From the IMG/VR virus record IMGVR_UViG_3300025066_000007: 64,000 bases of DNA. One strand, given 5' to 3'. Positions 28,263-37,852 of the stretch are shown here, piece after piece. Positions within the stretch are counted from its first letter, which is position 1, and the number at the start of each line of letters is the position of its first letter. This DNA comes from a virus (Duplodnaviria; Caudoviricetes). Made by a program: the position numbers and the translations under genes. Below the pieces are notes generated by a model. The model did not search any database. It worked only from the letters and a program-made list of their open reading frames with translations, and was not told where the DNA came from.

Positions 28263-29085
28263 CTTCCGTTTCTAGTTCATTCATATTTTTTACAAAAAAA
28301 CCCGCAGCATTCTTGTGACCTCCGCCACCAAACTCCAGAGCTATAGTAGACACATCCATCCTATTCTCCTTTGACCTTAATGAAAACCTAAATTTTTCTC
28401 CGTCGAAGTAGTACACCGCAGCAAATTCTTCATCTTCACATAGAATGTTTCCTATTTCCGATTGAAAAGACGAAGAGTTTACTGCAGGAACATTTTCCCC
28501 TGCAATATTTAGACGATGAACATTTGAGAGCATCATCTTCACCAGAGTTTCTTTGTACCTGAGAATATCCCCTCCAGCAGAAACAACCTTGCTCCACGCT
28601 GGAGAGCACGGCTCCCCAAGCTCCAGGCTCAAGCGGTTCCATTCGGAAAAGCTTTTTTTATGCGAATCAACTACAGACAATACCTCTTCGGCCTTATCTA
28701 GCTCCCAAGTCCACAAGTCTCTGTCTTGAATATACCTAAGAAGAGGTGGGACAGGCTTTCTTTTAAAGAGAAACTTCCATGCCAAAACTGCTCCAGATTG
28801 GCTCATATCGAAATGGCAATACTCCAAATCTCCGCAGCTTTCTTGGGAAGTCTTATGGTGGTCAATGACCGTTAGCGTGTTCGCTTCCTCTTCTAACTCT
28901 TCCAATATAGCCCTAGGATAACAAAAGTCAACAATAAATACATCGCGTCCAGTGACCACCGGAGGCTCGTCGCTATGACGAACCGGAACATATTTAGCTT
29001 TCGCTCCATACTTCTGATAAAAAGCCCACGCTGCGCCGAAGCCATCTGGACAGCCGGCATGATAAAGAACCGTTACTCTTGACAC
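28240..29085 (-). CDS. DHH/DHHA1-family phosphoesterase
   Basis: YHAGCPDG, VDFCY, IDHHKT, DRDLW, GGGHKNAAGF; GTG at 29085. Confidence 0.9.
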   Translation of the reverse strand: MSRVTVLYHAGCPDGFGAAWAFYQKYGAKAKYVPVRHSDEPPVVTGRDVFIVDFCYPRAILEELEEEANTLTVIDHHKTSQESCGDLEYCHFDMSQSGAVLAWKFLFKRKPVPPLLRYIQDRDLWTWELDKAEEVLSVVDSHKKSFSEWNRLSLELGEPCSPAWSKVVSAGGDILRYKETLVKMMLSNVHRLNIAGENVPAVNSSSFQSEIGNILCEDEEFAAVYYFDGEKFRFSLRSKENRMDVSTIALEFGGGGHKNAAGFFVKNMNELETEGDRCCEQ

Positions 29086-29086
29086 T

Positions 29087-30117
29087 CTACACTTCCTTCG
29101 GGGAATAAGAATACACAATATCCTCAATTAAAATACAATTAGCGTTTATCACTTCTGTTATAAAATCACACATAATGTTTAAGCTTGAGAAGGATCGAAT
29201 TAGACCTTCATGAATAAGCTTAAACTTTCCAAACTCTTTTAAGATATCACACTTGCTAATAACTAAATTAGTTGTTCCCGTAAGATTAACTGCCTTAACC
29301 AGATAGTCGAGATTCAGCCAATTAACCTTTCTTGGCCTTCCTGTCGTTACTCCAAACTCTTCTCCCATTTTAGCGATTACAGACAAGTCCTTATCTTCAA
29401 GCAAACTGCTTGGAAATCTCGGATCTTCCCCAGACTTCGTATCATATATCTTTGCAGCGCCCCAAATCGCATTAACCCTCTGAGGCGGAAACCCCAGAGA
29501 GCAAGCGCCATAAGGCAGGGTGATAGAAGAAGTTACATAAGGATAAAGGCCATGATCAATATCAAGCCAAACGCCCTGCGCTCCTTCACACAAAAGCCTT
29601 CCCTCTAACTTCTCATCCCAAATATATTTCGGATCCAATACATCTTTTGCCAAGATTCCAATTCTAGCCGCTTTATCCGCATAGCAAGGGGCTATTCCCC
29701 TGCCCGTAGTTCCAAGCCTTGGAGCCAAATGCTCCTTATCATAGGCTATTTGAGAATCAGTTACGATATGACATTTTGGAGAAACCTTGATCAGCGTAGT
29801 ATCAAATCCATTTTTATCCAAGTAAGAAACCTCTTCTTCAAAGGAGCTTGGATGCAAGATGCACCCAGGGCCAATAACAGAAGTTACTCCATAAAATACA
29901 CCAGATGGAATTAAGTGAGTTTTATACTTTTCTCCATCGACCCATACGGTGTGTCCTGCGTTATTACCCCCTGCCCATCTTGCCACAACATCATAGTTGC
30001 CACTACTCGCCAGATGTGCAGTAATCTTTCCTTTTGCTTCGTCACCTTTTTATGTTGAGATTGACCCGAAGGTCAACCCCAGCATAAACCGACGACAATA
30101 TCTGCCTTATCGATCAT
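29087..30117 (-). CDS. purA: Adenylosuccinate synthetase, interrupted by a 32-nt bypass element (about 332 aa joined)
   Basis: ORF1 MIDKADIVVGLCWG (30117-30076) + DEAKGKIT...GGNNAGHT...GTTGRGIAPCY...EGAQG...YPYVTSS...GVTTGRPR (from 30043). Confidence 0.9.
30044..30078 (-). other. T4 gene 60-like translational bypass (hop) element
   Basis: GGT TGA CC TTCG GG TCA ATC TCAACATAAAAA GGT: matched Gly codons, stop codon and UUCG hairpin. Confidence 0.8.
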
Positions 30118-30143
30118 GCTGAATTCTCCTTTTTGATTTTGGT

Positions 30144-30776
30144 TTAAAAAATATCGACCTTACTCGCATCGAACGAGCTAGCTTCAGCATAACCCTCGGT
30201 GGAGGGCTCGCAATTATCAATCGAAATAACTTTTTCGATTTTAGTTGGACGCTTAAAAAAGGAGATTCCCTCTCCGTGACCAGACAGTTTGCCGGAGAAA
30301 GAGATATATTCTCCAGGCTCAAAGTCGTATGCCTTTCCCGTCTTAAAGAAATACTTCCAACCAGCTTTATCGGAACACATGATTCCAGGTGTTGGAAACT
30401 GAGCGTCAGCCTTTGACGCTACAATCTTCTTGACCAGAAGCGGGCCAATCGCGCGTCTCTCTCCGACCACTAGATATGTCGGAGGCTCTAACATGGCGGC
30501 ATTTGCCTGCTCATCAGCCCAGCGATTCAAGGATGCAATCCAATTATCGGTAAGCCTATGTGGAGTCTCGATAATAACGTCTCTGCTTGAGATAAAGAAC
30601 TTATTTTTTGGTTGGTTTTGTAGAGCTACAGCAAGCAGAGGAACAACCATAGGGTTGAGCTTATCAAGCTGCTTCTTGGCCTTTTCCTCCAGCTCTTTAG
30701 CGCAAGGCTTCTTTCTTCTCTTTCTTTTCGTTTGTTGAGGTTTTGAGGGGCTGCTTTGTCCGAAAATCTTGACCAT
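30144..30776 (-). CDS. Hypothetical protein with possible C-terminal OB-fold
   Basis: 210 aa; YFFKTGKAYDFEPGEYISFSGKL. Confidence 0.6.
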   Translation of the reverse strand: MVKIFGQSSPSKPQQTKRKRRKKPCAKELEEKAKKQLDKLNPMVVPLLAVALQNQPKNKFFISSRDVIIETPHRLTDNWIASLNRWADEQANAAMLEPPTYLVVGERRAIGPLLVKKIVASKADAQFPTPGIMCSDKAGWKYFFKTGKAYDFEPGEYISFSGKLSGHGEGISFFKRPTKIEKVISIDNCEPSTEGYAEASSFDASKVDIF

Positions 30777-30802
30777 TAAAAATCACCATGCCTATCCGGC
30801 TA

Positions 30803-30837
30803 GATATAGTGCAGGGGAGGTCTACATTACGATTTTA
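30803..30837 (-). promoter_or_regulatory. Conserved promoter-like motif, copy 2
   Basis: CGTAATGT N8 CCTGCACTATATC. Confidence 0.6.
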
Positions 30838-30848
30838 ATGGCAAGCGA

Positions 30849-32144
30849 TTACTTCTTGCCAGTCAGCCCCTCCATTCCTCTTTGCTCTCTGCGCGTTCCC
30901 ACTCCACGCTCGACGGCTGATAGACCCCTCTTTCGCTTTCTTTGACCGGAAATCTTCTGGCGGTAAAGCCTTCGTTTGGCTGGAGACTTTTCTTCGCGCC
31001 TTATCTCTGCCATCATTCTCCTCTGCTCTCTTAGATTTAAGAATTCCGGATCTCTTTGAGAAAGCGGAGAAATAGTGTTTTGATCATTAGGGTTCGCAAC
31101 GTAGAATAACGCTCCGTCTGATTTTCTCATTCGTATGTTATCTACGGCAAAAAATTCAGAAGAATTAAAAGTAGGTTTTGCCGACTTTGCCTCAGCGGGC
31201 ATGCCCAATATAAGTTCCATTTCAGGATTTACTGCCTCATCTTTCTTGTAAAGATCTCCGATCCTTTTCTTCCAAGTTGAAGAAAGGGCTGCATACTCAG
31301 GCATAGTCTCTGGAGTTCTTTTCGCTACGTTTTTGTAAAGAGAGTCTCTGTGAGACAAGTTAAGGCGACCATCACCTGTTGGAAACTTGACATAAGCACT
31401 GAGTAGTGCGTCAGAAGTTGCAGTTGCAGTTTCTGTCTGCTCTGCTTGAGGGACAGTTTTTGCGGCAGGAGAAAGTTTCTGCAGCTTAGCCAATGCCTCT
31501 GTTGGCTTCATATCAGCTGGTACGGCAGAAGTCGTGTTTTCTTTGGTAAGCTTATTCCATGCCGCAGAAGTTAACGGACCCCACCATCCATCAGTTTTCA
31601 GGCTCGCTCCTAGTTCGTTCAACTTCTTTTGAACTGCAACCCAGGGACCCAGACGCTTCTGCTTGGGAGCTTCTTTTTTCTCAGACTCTTCTTTGGATCC
31701 TACTGCCTGCCTTCTCCACAGCTTTACCTTTTCGTCTAATATTTGAAGATACTCCTTATCCTTAGGTCGCTGAGCTCCACTTGCATCTGAAACGCTTTTC
31801 CATTCATTATTTCGCGCCTTCCTCCATAACACATCTGATTGGCGAAGATTATTATCATGCCTCCACATGACATAGAGAACAATTTCATCTCCATCTAAGG
31901 CCTTCTCTGCTATCCCATATTCTTCGCTGTTTTTGCCATTTTTACGATTGTCCAAAAACCCTGCCCAGGCAAGCTCTGCGCCAAAGAAAGCTCTAGCCGG
32001 AAGTGGCTCCTCTATTGTAGATCTAGGCTTGTTGGCTCGATGCTCAAAAAAAAGTTCGGCAAAAACTTTTGCCTCATATTCTTTATATCCAGACTTACCC
32101 AGTGCCTTTGCCAATTTCAATAGTTCAGTTTTTGTATTACTCAT
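30849..32144 (-). CDS. Hypothetical protein with peptidoglycan-binding-like motif
   Basis: VQKKLNELGASLKTDGWWGPLTSAAW; N-terminal LLKLAKALGKSG helix. Confidence 0.6.
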   Translation of the reverse strand: MSNTKTELLKLAKALGKSGYKEYEAKVFAELFFEHRANKPRSTIEEPLPARAFFGAELAWAGFLDNRKNGKNSEEYGIAEKALDGDEIVLYVMWRHDNNLRQSDVLWRKARNNEWKSVSDASGAQRPKDKEYLQILDEKVKLWRRQAVGSKEESEKKEAPKQKRLGPWVAVQKKLNELGASLKTDGWWGPLTSAAWNKLTKENTTSAVPADMKPTEALAKLQKLSPAAKTVPQAEQTETATATSDALLSAYVKFPTGDGRLNLSHRDSLYKNVAKRTPETMPEYAALSSTWKKRIGDLYKKDEAVNPEMELILGMPAEAKSAKPTFNSSEFFAVDNIRMRKSDGALFYVANPNDQNTISPLSQRDPEFLNLREQRRMMAEIRREEKSPAKRRLYRQKISGQRKRKRGLSAVERGVGTRREQRGMEGLTGKK

Positions 32145-32161
32145 CTTCTTACCCCATAGAC

Positions 32162-32857
32162 CTAGCGGCCAAAGATTATCTCTCTATAAACTTCTTTTTT
32201 TGCGTTAGAAATAGAAGCGTCTTTAAATATTCTATTTTCTAGATCTTTCTTCTGCCTATTGCTTAGGCAATTCTTTATATTAGTTAACAATATATTATTA
32301 GAATCATAAAATTCTGAAGAATAAATAAGCCCAGAGCCTTTCTTCATCCAGATTTTACCATTATCTGCAATATAAAATTCTTTTTTTATTAGATCAAGGT
32401 TCTCGCAGCCAAGAGATTGCATTAGAAAGTCAAAGAAACTCCACTCTTCATCCGGCTCTTCCGGAGTTTTTCTGTCTATATTAACCGGAGGCTTATCCTC
32501 ATCTATGTCTATCAGCGATTCTCCGCCGAAGCCGCTACGATTAGATGCCTCAAAGTCTGCCGCGTCATAAGGCTGCTGATCTCCGCCGTATCCCCTTTGC
32601 CTGTGGTTTTGTGCCCCAGGGGGTGATCCGGCTGGAGTATCGAGGAGCCCAAGGGCTTTCTTGCGAAAATAATCGAGCCTGCTTTTCGCTGTATTATTTT
32701 TGCCCGGGGGTGGTTCGGAAGGCTTATTGCTAAAGGTATTTTCGTCAGGGCCGAATTGCACCCTATTTACGTCGGGAGTCTTCCCTCTGATTACAGGACC
32801 TCCTTCGTAATAGTCTATTAAGTCTATTACAGATAATTCTTCGGCCTCTTCTTCCAC
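32162..32857 (-). CDS. Hypothetical protein
   Basis: 231 aa ORF. Confidence 0.6.
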   Translation of the reverse strand: MEEEAEELSVIDLIDYYEGGPVIRGKTPDVNRVQFGPDENTFSNKPSEPPPGKNNTAKSRLDYFRKKALGLLDTPAGSPPGAQNHRQRGYGGDQQPYDAADFEASNRSGFGGESLIDIDEDKPPVNIDRKTPEEPDEEWSFFDFLMQSLGCENLDLIKKEFYIADNGKIWMKKGSGLIYSSEFYDSNNILLTNIKNCLSNRQKKDLENRIFKDASISNAKKEVYREIIFGR

Positions 32858-32858
32858 C

Positions 32859-34196
32859 CTACCTTCTAACCTTCGGAAGATTTATGGTAAATTCAGAAGA
32901 TAAGCTGCTTACAACATCGTCCATGGCATTACTCGCTACAGCCTCTGCCTCAGGCTCATCTACACTTTGATCTGTCCACTGAGGACTTCGAGTGTCGGTC
33001 TCTTTCTTAATATCCGGAGATTTCAGTAAAGCTAGCTCAGAAACGTCTGCGCTCTCTATGTCTTCAAGAAACTTAAGAAGCCCACCCCAATTGCCGGCAT
33101 ATTCTCCTGGCCTAGATACGCCTTTTACCGAAACAAGAGAGTGTCCCTTGCCCCAATTCATAGCACTGTCCACGGCAGTCCCTACTGGCAGCAGGTACTT
33201 TTCTTTTCTAGTTAAAAATGTCCTCAAAGCAGCGGCCGTATTTCTTCCCCACTTTCCGTCAGCGCTGGCCCCGATAATCTTTTGGATCTCTTCTAGACTA
33301 TTGCTTGTTCTTTCTGCTTTAGCCATAGACTCAGTCTCTTCCGAAGCAGTCGCCCAAGGAAGAGGGGTGCCATTTATTTTGTGAGCGAGAATTGTCTCTA
33401 GCACATCGCCAACCTTGTTTCCTCTCCAGTCAAAGAAAGCACCTCTCTGGCCTCCTTCATATAAGGGTCGATTAAGATCTCCGACCTTAGCCCTAAACTC
33501 ATCCCAGTCTCTTTCGGCTGGGGCATAAAGCTCGCTAGCCTTAGCGCCTCTAATCTCAGGGCCAAACTCTTCAAGTATATCAATAATGCTTATCTCTGCA
33601 TACTCAGAGCCATCAAGGTCATGCCTGGAAAGATTTGTGGCCTCTTTCCGGATAGCCGCCATTGCCACAATCACGTCAAGCCTGTCTGCCAATCCTGTTT
33701 CACCAATTTCATCTAAACGATTTGCTATCTTCTGTAGCTCCCCAAGTATAGTCATTTCCTTTTCTCCAAAAGCATCAATTGATGCCAGCGCTTTCATTCC
33801 GCCTTGTATTAGTGATTCTGCCTGTCTCTCTGCCGCCTCTGCTGCGCCCTCGCCGCCAGGGAAGCCCTTCTCTGAGTCAAAATCCTCAATGTGTCCATAT
33901 TCATGAACCAGTGTTTTTGCTACCATTTCTACAATTGAATTTATCTCATCTTCACCAGCATTAGGCGGAAACTTAGAAAGAACAAAGTGTATCTTGTCTA
34001 TCTTTCCATCATTATTTTTATCTTCAGAAGAAACATACGCTATAGCGTTTGGATTATCCGCAGGAGGACTCTGCTCCCATACTATCTGATTTACGTTGTT
34101 TAACATAGCAACAATCTCTGGCCTTAGACCTAAGGCTTTAACCTTATTTACGACTGTCGGCCAATAGTGCGGCCCGTGTGCCTTCTTCTCAAACAT
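32859..34196 (-). CDS. Multidomain protein: HExxH motif, LxKIAxxLD helix, peptidoglycan-binding-like motif
   Basis: LVHEYGH; LQKIANRLDEIG; IQKIIGASADGKWGRNTAAAL. Confidence 0.6.
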   Translation of the reverse strand: MFEKKAHGPHYWPTVVNKVKALGLRPEIVAMLNNVNQIVWEQSPPADNPNAIAYVSSEDKNNDGKIDKIHFVLSKFPPNAGEDEINSIVEMVAKTLVHEYGHIEDFDSEKGFPGGEGAAEAAERQAESLIQGGMKALASIDAFGEKEMTILGELQKIANRLDEIGETGLADRLDVIVAMAAIRKEATNLSRHDLDGSEYAEISIIDILEEFGPEIRGAKASELYAPAERDWDEFRAKVGDLNRPLYEGGQRGAFFDWRGNKVGDVLETILAHKINGTPLPWATASEETESMAKAERTSNSLEEIQKIIGASADGKWGRNTAAALRTFLTRKEKYLLPVGTAVDSAMNWGKGHSLVSVKGVSRPGEYAGNWGGLLKFLEDIESADVSELALLKSPDIKKETDTRSPQWTDQSVDEPEAEAVASNAMDDVVSSLSSEFTINLPKVRR

Positions 34197-34228
34197 GTGC
34201 CCCTCAGATTTTATTGCTAAAAATAATG

Positions 34229-34633
34229 CTAATATGTTCTCGCCTTTTTAGGCTTTATATAGCGAGTAGTTGTTCCAATAATATCAATAGAATCTTGTCT
34301 AATAATAGAAAAGAAGAAATGAAATGGCCTTCCAGCTGCGGATTCCCTTCTGATCTCAACCCACATTCTTTTCTTGGATGCTATATCAGATTGATTTGAC
34401 AGGAACATATGAACTACGCCATCGCTATTCGCCTTAAAGTCTTGAGCGATTACCTCATTTAATTCCGGATTATTTAAATCATACAGAACGTCTCTTCTGT
34501 CGCCCCACTCTTTACCAAAATATTTTCTATACTTTAGCCTGACAGTGGTCGATACTCTAATCGGTAGCTGACTTTTGCTATCAGTTACACCCGACTCTTC
34601 TAGCCCAGCCTTTTTTATAAACCCTTTCTTCAT
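34229..34633 (-). CDS. Hypothetical protein
   Basis: 134 aa ORF. Confidence 0.6.
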   Translation of the reverse strand: MKKGFIKKAGLEESGVTDSKSQLPIRVSTTVRLKYRKYFGKEWGDRRDVLYDLNNPELNEVIAQDFKANSDGVVHMFLSNQSDIASKKRMWVEIRRESAAGRPFHFFFSIIRQDSIDIIGTTTRYIKPKKARTY

Positions 34634-34671
34634 AAAACTGCCTTATGCCTTATGTGACCATATTACTAGAT

Positions 34672-34707
34672 AAAAAAAGGGCTTCGGCAAATTGCCGAAG
34701 CCCTTTT
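34672..34707 (-). terminator. Rho-independent terminator (likely bidirectional)
   Basis: AAGGGCTTCGGC-aaatt-GCCGAAGCCCTT stem with A7 on one side and T4 on the other. Confidence 0.8.
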
Positions 34708-34725
34708 CGATAGGCTCTTTGTTAA

Positions 34726-34998
34726 TTAAAGAGCAACATAGTAAGCTAGCATCTTGTATACAGAATCCACATCTTCAAATTTCGGATTCCTCACTGGCTT
34801 AGGAGGAGCCTTGAGCCCTAGCCTTACCTCGGCTACTCCTTCGCTCTTATAAAAAGGCTCAACTTTATTTCGAGCAACTGCCATAATTGAGCCATCAAAA
34901 CTGATTAGTAGCGTATCGCTAATCTCCGGATTCTCATCCCACGCAAATTTTCCAAAGTAATTCTTATGAACAGGTTCTTCCAACCAAATATATTCCAC
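34726..34998 (-). CDS. Hypothetical protein
   Basis: 90 aa ORF. Confidence 0.55.
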   Translation of the reverse strand: MEYIWLEEPVHKNYFGKFAWDENPEISDTLLISFDGSIMAVARNKVEPFYKSEGVAEVRLGLKAPPKPVRNPKFEDVDSVYKMLAYYVAL

Positions 34999-35031
34999 GT
35001 TTTTCCCAATCTTAATATCTAAATATTGAGC

Positions 35032-35886
35032 CTAAAAAGGCACATCGTTATTCTTCTCCTGCAATCTCTCGCGCTCTTTCATTCTCCGCTCAATGGCATT
35101 AAGCACATATTGTGACTGTGTTCCCATAATAGACGTCAAAAGATGAATCGGAAGCTCTTTCGCTAGCAAATGAAGAACCTGTTCATATTTAGAATCGCTA
35201 ATAGAGAGAAGCAGCTCATCGTAGTTTGGATACAAAGACTTGTTAGCGATAATTGCCCTAACTCCATCGTAAGAAGCACTAGAACTTGATTCGCTTCGTA
35301 TCTTTCTCGCCTGCTTCTTTGTAAGAGAACCTGTCTTTATATATTCCCTGTACCAAATCGACCGCCACGAATGATGTGGCTTTGGTACTTGTGAAAATAA
35401 TTCTTTTTCCGCCAACTCCTTAATTGCTTTTGGGTTCTCCACTATACACTTTGCAAGAATGCCGCGTATTCCTCTTGGAATCCAAGTTGCGGACCTTCCT
35501 GCTCCGGAAGAATAAACCTTATTAAAAAGATCAAGCCACACAAATTCCGAGACTTTTTCCGCCGCAATATGCGTATACGATGAAGAGTCATTCGCAATTT
35601 CTCTAAGATTAGATTTAATATATTCGCTAGAAGTATATTTCTCTATAGCATTCTTCAGAAAAGAAGATTTAAAGACCTCTTCTTCTGGAACTAGCTTTAT
35701 TAGAACCCTGAAGATATCCCCTGTCGCCTTATCGTCTAGAGAAAGGGAGTTCAGAAATACATCTAAATGCCCGGTTTTAAACGCTGACAGCCTAATCTCC
35801 GAGAGATTCAAATGGTTATTAGCATAATTAGATCTTCCAAAAAGTCTTTCTGCGCCAATCCCTGCAAGCTCACTGAGAACATCCAT
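35032..35886 (-). CDS. Helical hypothetical protein (window paralog family)
   Basis: C-terminal DSKYEQVLHLLAKELP...SIMG...IERR. Confidence 0.6.
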   Translation of the reverse strand: MDVLSELAGIGAERLFGRSNYANNHLNLSEIRLSAFKTGHLDVFLNSLSLDDKATGDIFRVLIKLVPEEEVFKSSFLKNAIEKYTSSEYIKSNLREIANDSSSYTHIAAEKVSEFVWLDLFNKVYSSGAGRSATWIPRGIRGILAKCIVENPKAIKELAEKELFSQVPKPHHSWRSIWYREYIKTGSLTKKQARKIRSESSSSASYDGVRAIIANKSLYPNYDELLLSISDSKYEQVLHLLAKELPIHLLTSIMGTQSQYVLNAIERRMKERERLQEKNNDVPF

Positions 35887-36133
35887 TTAGAACCTCCTTA
35901 ACTGCAGCGTCAAATACAAGCCTATTATCCTTTAATACCCGAACCTTGCTTTCGTCAGAAAGCCACTCCCAGGATTTGAGAATTTCCGGAAGAGGAAGTG
36001 TGAAAAACTCCTCTCGAAGAGTTTTATGTTCGCTATTATAAGCGTTTTGAATGGAGTTGATAGCAATAGCTACCAACATACTTCTGACATCCTCTGTACT
36101 GCGTAATTTTGCGGATTCTACTTCCCTTGACAT
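35870..36133 (-). CDS. Hypothetical protein
   Basis: 87 aa ORF. Confidence 0.55.
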   Translation of the reverse strand: MSREVESAKLRSTEDVRSMLVAIAINSIQNAYNSEHKTLREEFFTLPLPEILKSWEWLSDESKVRVLKDNRLVFDAAVKEVLNGCSQ

Positions 36134-36166
36134 ATTTTCCCTTTCTTCTTCATAAGTGTCTGCCCA

Positions 36167-36203
36167 GATATAGTATAGGGCAAGAGCATATTACAATTTT
36201 TTT
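36167..36203 (-). promoter_or_regulatory. Conserved promoter-like motif, copy 3 (variant)
   Basis: AAAAAAA TTGTAATAT N8 CCTATACTATATC. Confidence 0.55.
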
Positions 36204-36208
36204 GAAAC

Positions 36209-37807
36209 CTAATCTGCCGGCGAATCATAAATCGCTACTTCCGTAGTAAGCAGAATTCCGCCAGATGAAGCAGCGTTTTCAAGGCCGGTCCGAACGACCT
36301 TGACCGGATCGATGATTCCAGCCTCTACCATATCCTCTTTGAGAGAGCCCTCTAGGGCGTCAAATCCCATTAGAGCTGAACCAGAACTGATAATCTTTTC
36401 CATATGCAAATGATATTCCATTCCAGCATTTTTTAGAATCTGTATAAAAGGAGCCCTCATTGCATACCCCACAACCTCGCATCCAACGATCTCCTCTGTA
36501 GTCAAATTCGACGTTAGCTTAAAGGCCTCTAGAGCAGGTAGACAGTGAAGCAGTGCCGCGCCGCCACCAGGGACAATTCCCTCTTCAATTGCCGCCTTAA
36601 CAGCATTAATTGCGTCTTCCACCCTATCCTTCTTCTCTTTGACTTCCGCCTCAGATACTCCGCCTACTTTAAAGATAGCAATGGAACCAGTTAGAGCAGA
36701 CAACCTTTGCTTAATCGCAGCAATCTCATACCCCTCAAGCCTTGAGTCTTCCGCTCTAACCTTAATGGAATTAACACGCTCCTCTACAGAGGCTTCTGTT
36801 CCCGCTCCATCTACAATCGTTGTGTCGTCCCTAGAGACAACAACTCTTCGAGCAGAGCCTAGATCTGCTATCGTAACAGACTCAAGCGGAGAGCCTGCTT
36901 CGTTTGTAAGCAATGTAGCGTTGCAGACTGTGGCAATATCTCCGAGAATATCTCTTCGCATATCTCCAAACCCCGGCGCCCTAACCGCACAAGACTCCAA
37001 GGTCTTGCGTGCCTTATTTAAGACTAAGGTCTGCAGAGCCTCTCCCTCTACAGTTTGTGCAATAATAAGAAGCGGCCTTGCCGACTCTGCCGCTGCTTGT
37101 GCAACTGACATTATCTCAGATGTAAGAGCAATTCTTCCATCATACACCAGTATTAGCGGATTAGCAAACTCCACTGTCATTCTGTCTAAATTCGTTGAAA
37201 AAATAGGAGAGATATAACCTCGGTCAAATGAAAGACCTTCGGAATAAGAAACACTAGTTTCTGCTCCTGCAGACTCCTCTACCGAAATCAAGCCATGATC
37301 TCCAACCGCAGAGACAACCTTTCCAATCAAGCCTCCTAGCTTCTCATCATTATTTGCCGAGATAACCGCAACACTATTTATAATTTCCTCGCTTGAAACT
37401 TCCTTGGAAAGCTCTTTGAGCCTTGCGGATACAACTTCTACCGCCCTATCTATACCTCGCTTTATTAAGACTGGATTGTGTCCTGCTGCGACCATCTTCG
37501 AGCCTTCAGTGTAAATAGCTTGAGCCAAAACAGTAGCAGTAGTAGTTCCATCTCCTGCAAGGGAGTTTGTAGAAGAGGCAACGCTCTTGATTAACTCCGC
37601 TCCCATATTCTGTACTCTATCGCCAAGCGTAATTGCCCTAGCAACTGTTACTCCGTCTTTGGTAATTAGCGGCGGACCAAACGCCCTCTCTATTGCAGCG
37701 TGCCTGCCTCTCGGACCGAGAGTGGCCTTAACTGCGTTCGCAAGTATATCTAGCCCTTCCTGTAAACCAGCCCTAGCCTTTGTATCAAACTCAACCTCTT
37801 TAGACAT
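36209..37807 (-). CDS. groL: Chaperonin GroEL
   Basis: TLGPRG, ITKDGVTVA, AGDGTTTATVLA, PGFGD, GIVPGGG, GIIDPVKV; 532 aa. Confidence 0.95.
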   Translation of the reverse strand: MSKEVEFDTKARAGLQEGLDILANAVKATLGPRGRHAAIERAFGPPLITKDGVTVARAITLGDRVQNMGAELIKSVASSTNSLAGDGTTTATVLAQAIYTEGSKMVAAGHNPVLIKRGIDRAVEVVSARLKELSKEVSSEEIINSVAVISANNDEKLGGLIGKVVSAVGDHGLISVEESAGAETSVSYSEGLSFDRGYISPIFSTNLDRMTVEFANPLILVYDGRIALTSEIMSVAQAAAESARPLLIIAQTVEGEALQTLVLNKARKTLESCAVRAPGFGDMRRDILGDIATVCNATLLTNEAGSPLESVTIADLGSARRVVVSRDDTTIVDGAGTEASVEERVNSIKVRAEDSRLEGYEIAAIKQRLSALTGSIAIFKVGGVSEAEVKEKKDRVEDAINAVKAAIEEGIVPGGGAALLHCLPALEAFKLTSNLTTEEIVGCEVVGYAMRAPFIQILKNAGMEYHLHMEKIISSGSALMGFDALEGSLKEDMVEAGIIDPVKVVRTGLENAASSGGILLTTEVAIYDSPAD

Positions 37808-37852
37808 GCGTCTTCTCCTTTAACCTCATATTACCTATAGGTCGTGCGCTTC

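Noticed and set aside
30044-30075. The purA insert as an intron or transposon footprint
   Set aside because: It is far too short for a group I/II intron. A GGT duplication alone would not explain the stop-containing UUCG hairpin matching gene 60. It is not formally excluded and needs RT-PCR.
30107-30322. Track ORF as a possible purA N-terminus
   Set aside because: It is an alternate frame inside 30144..30776 with no PurA motif. The true N-terminus is the 14-codon ORF starting at 30117.
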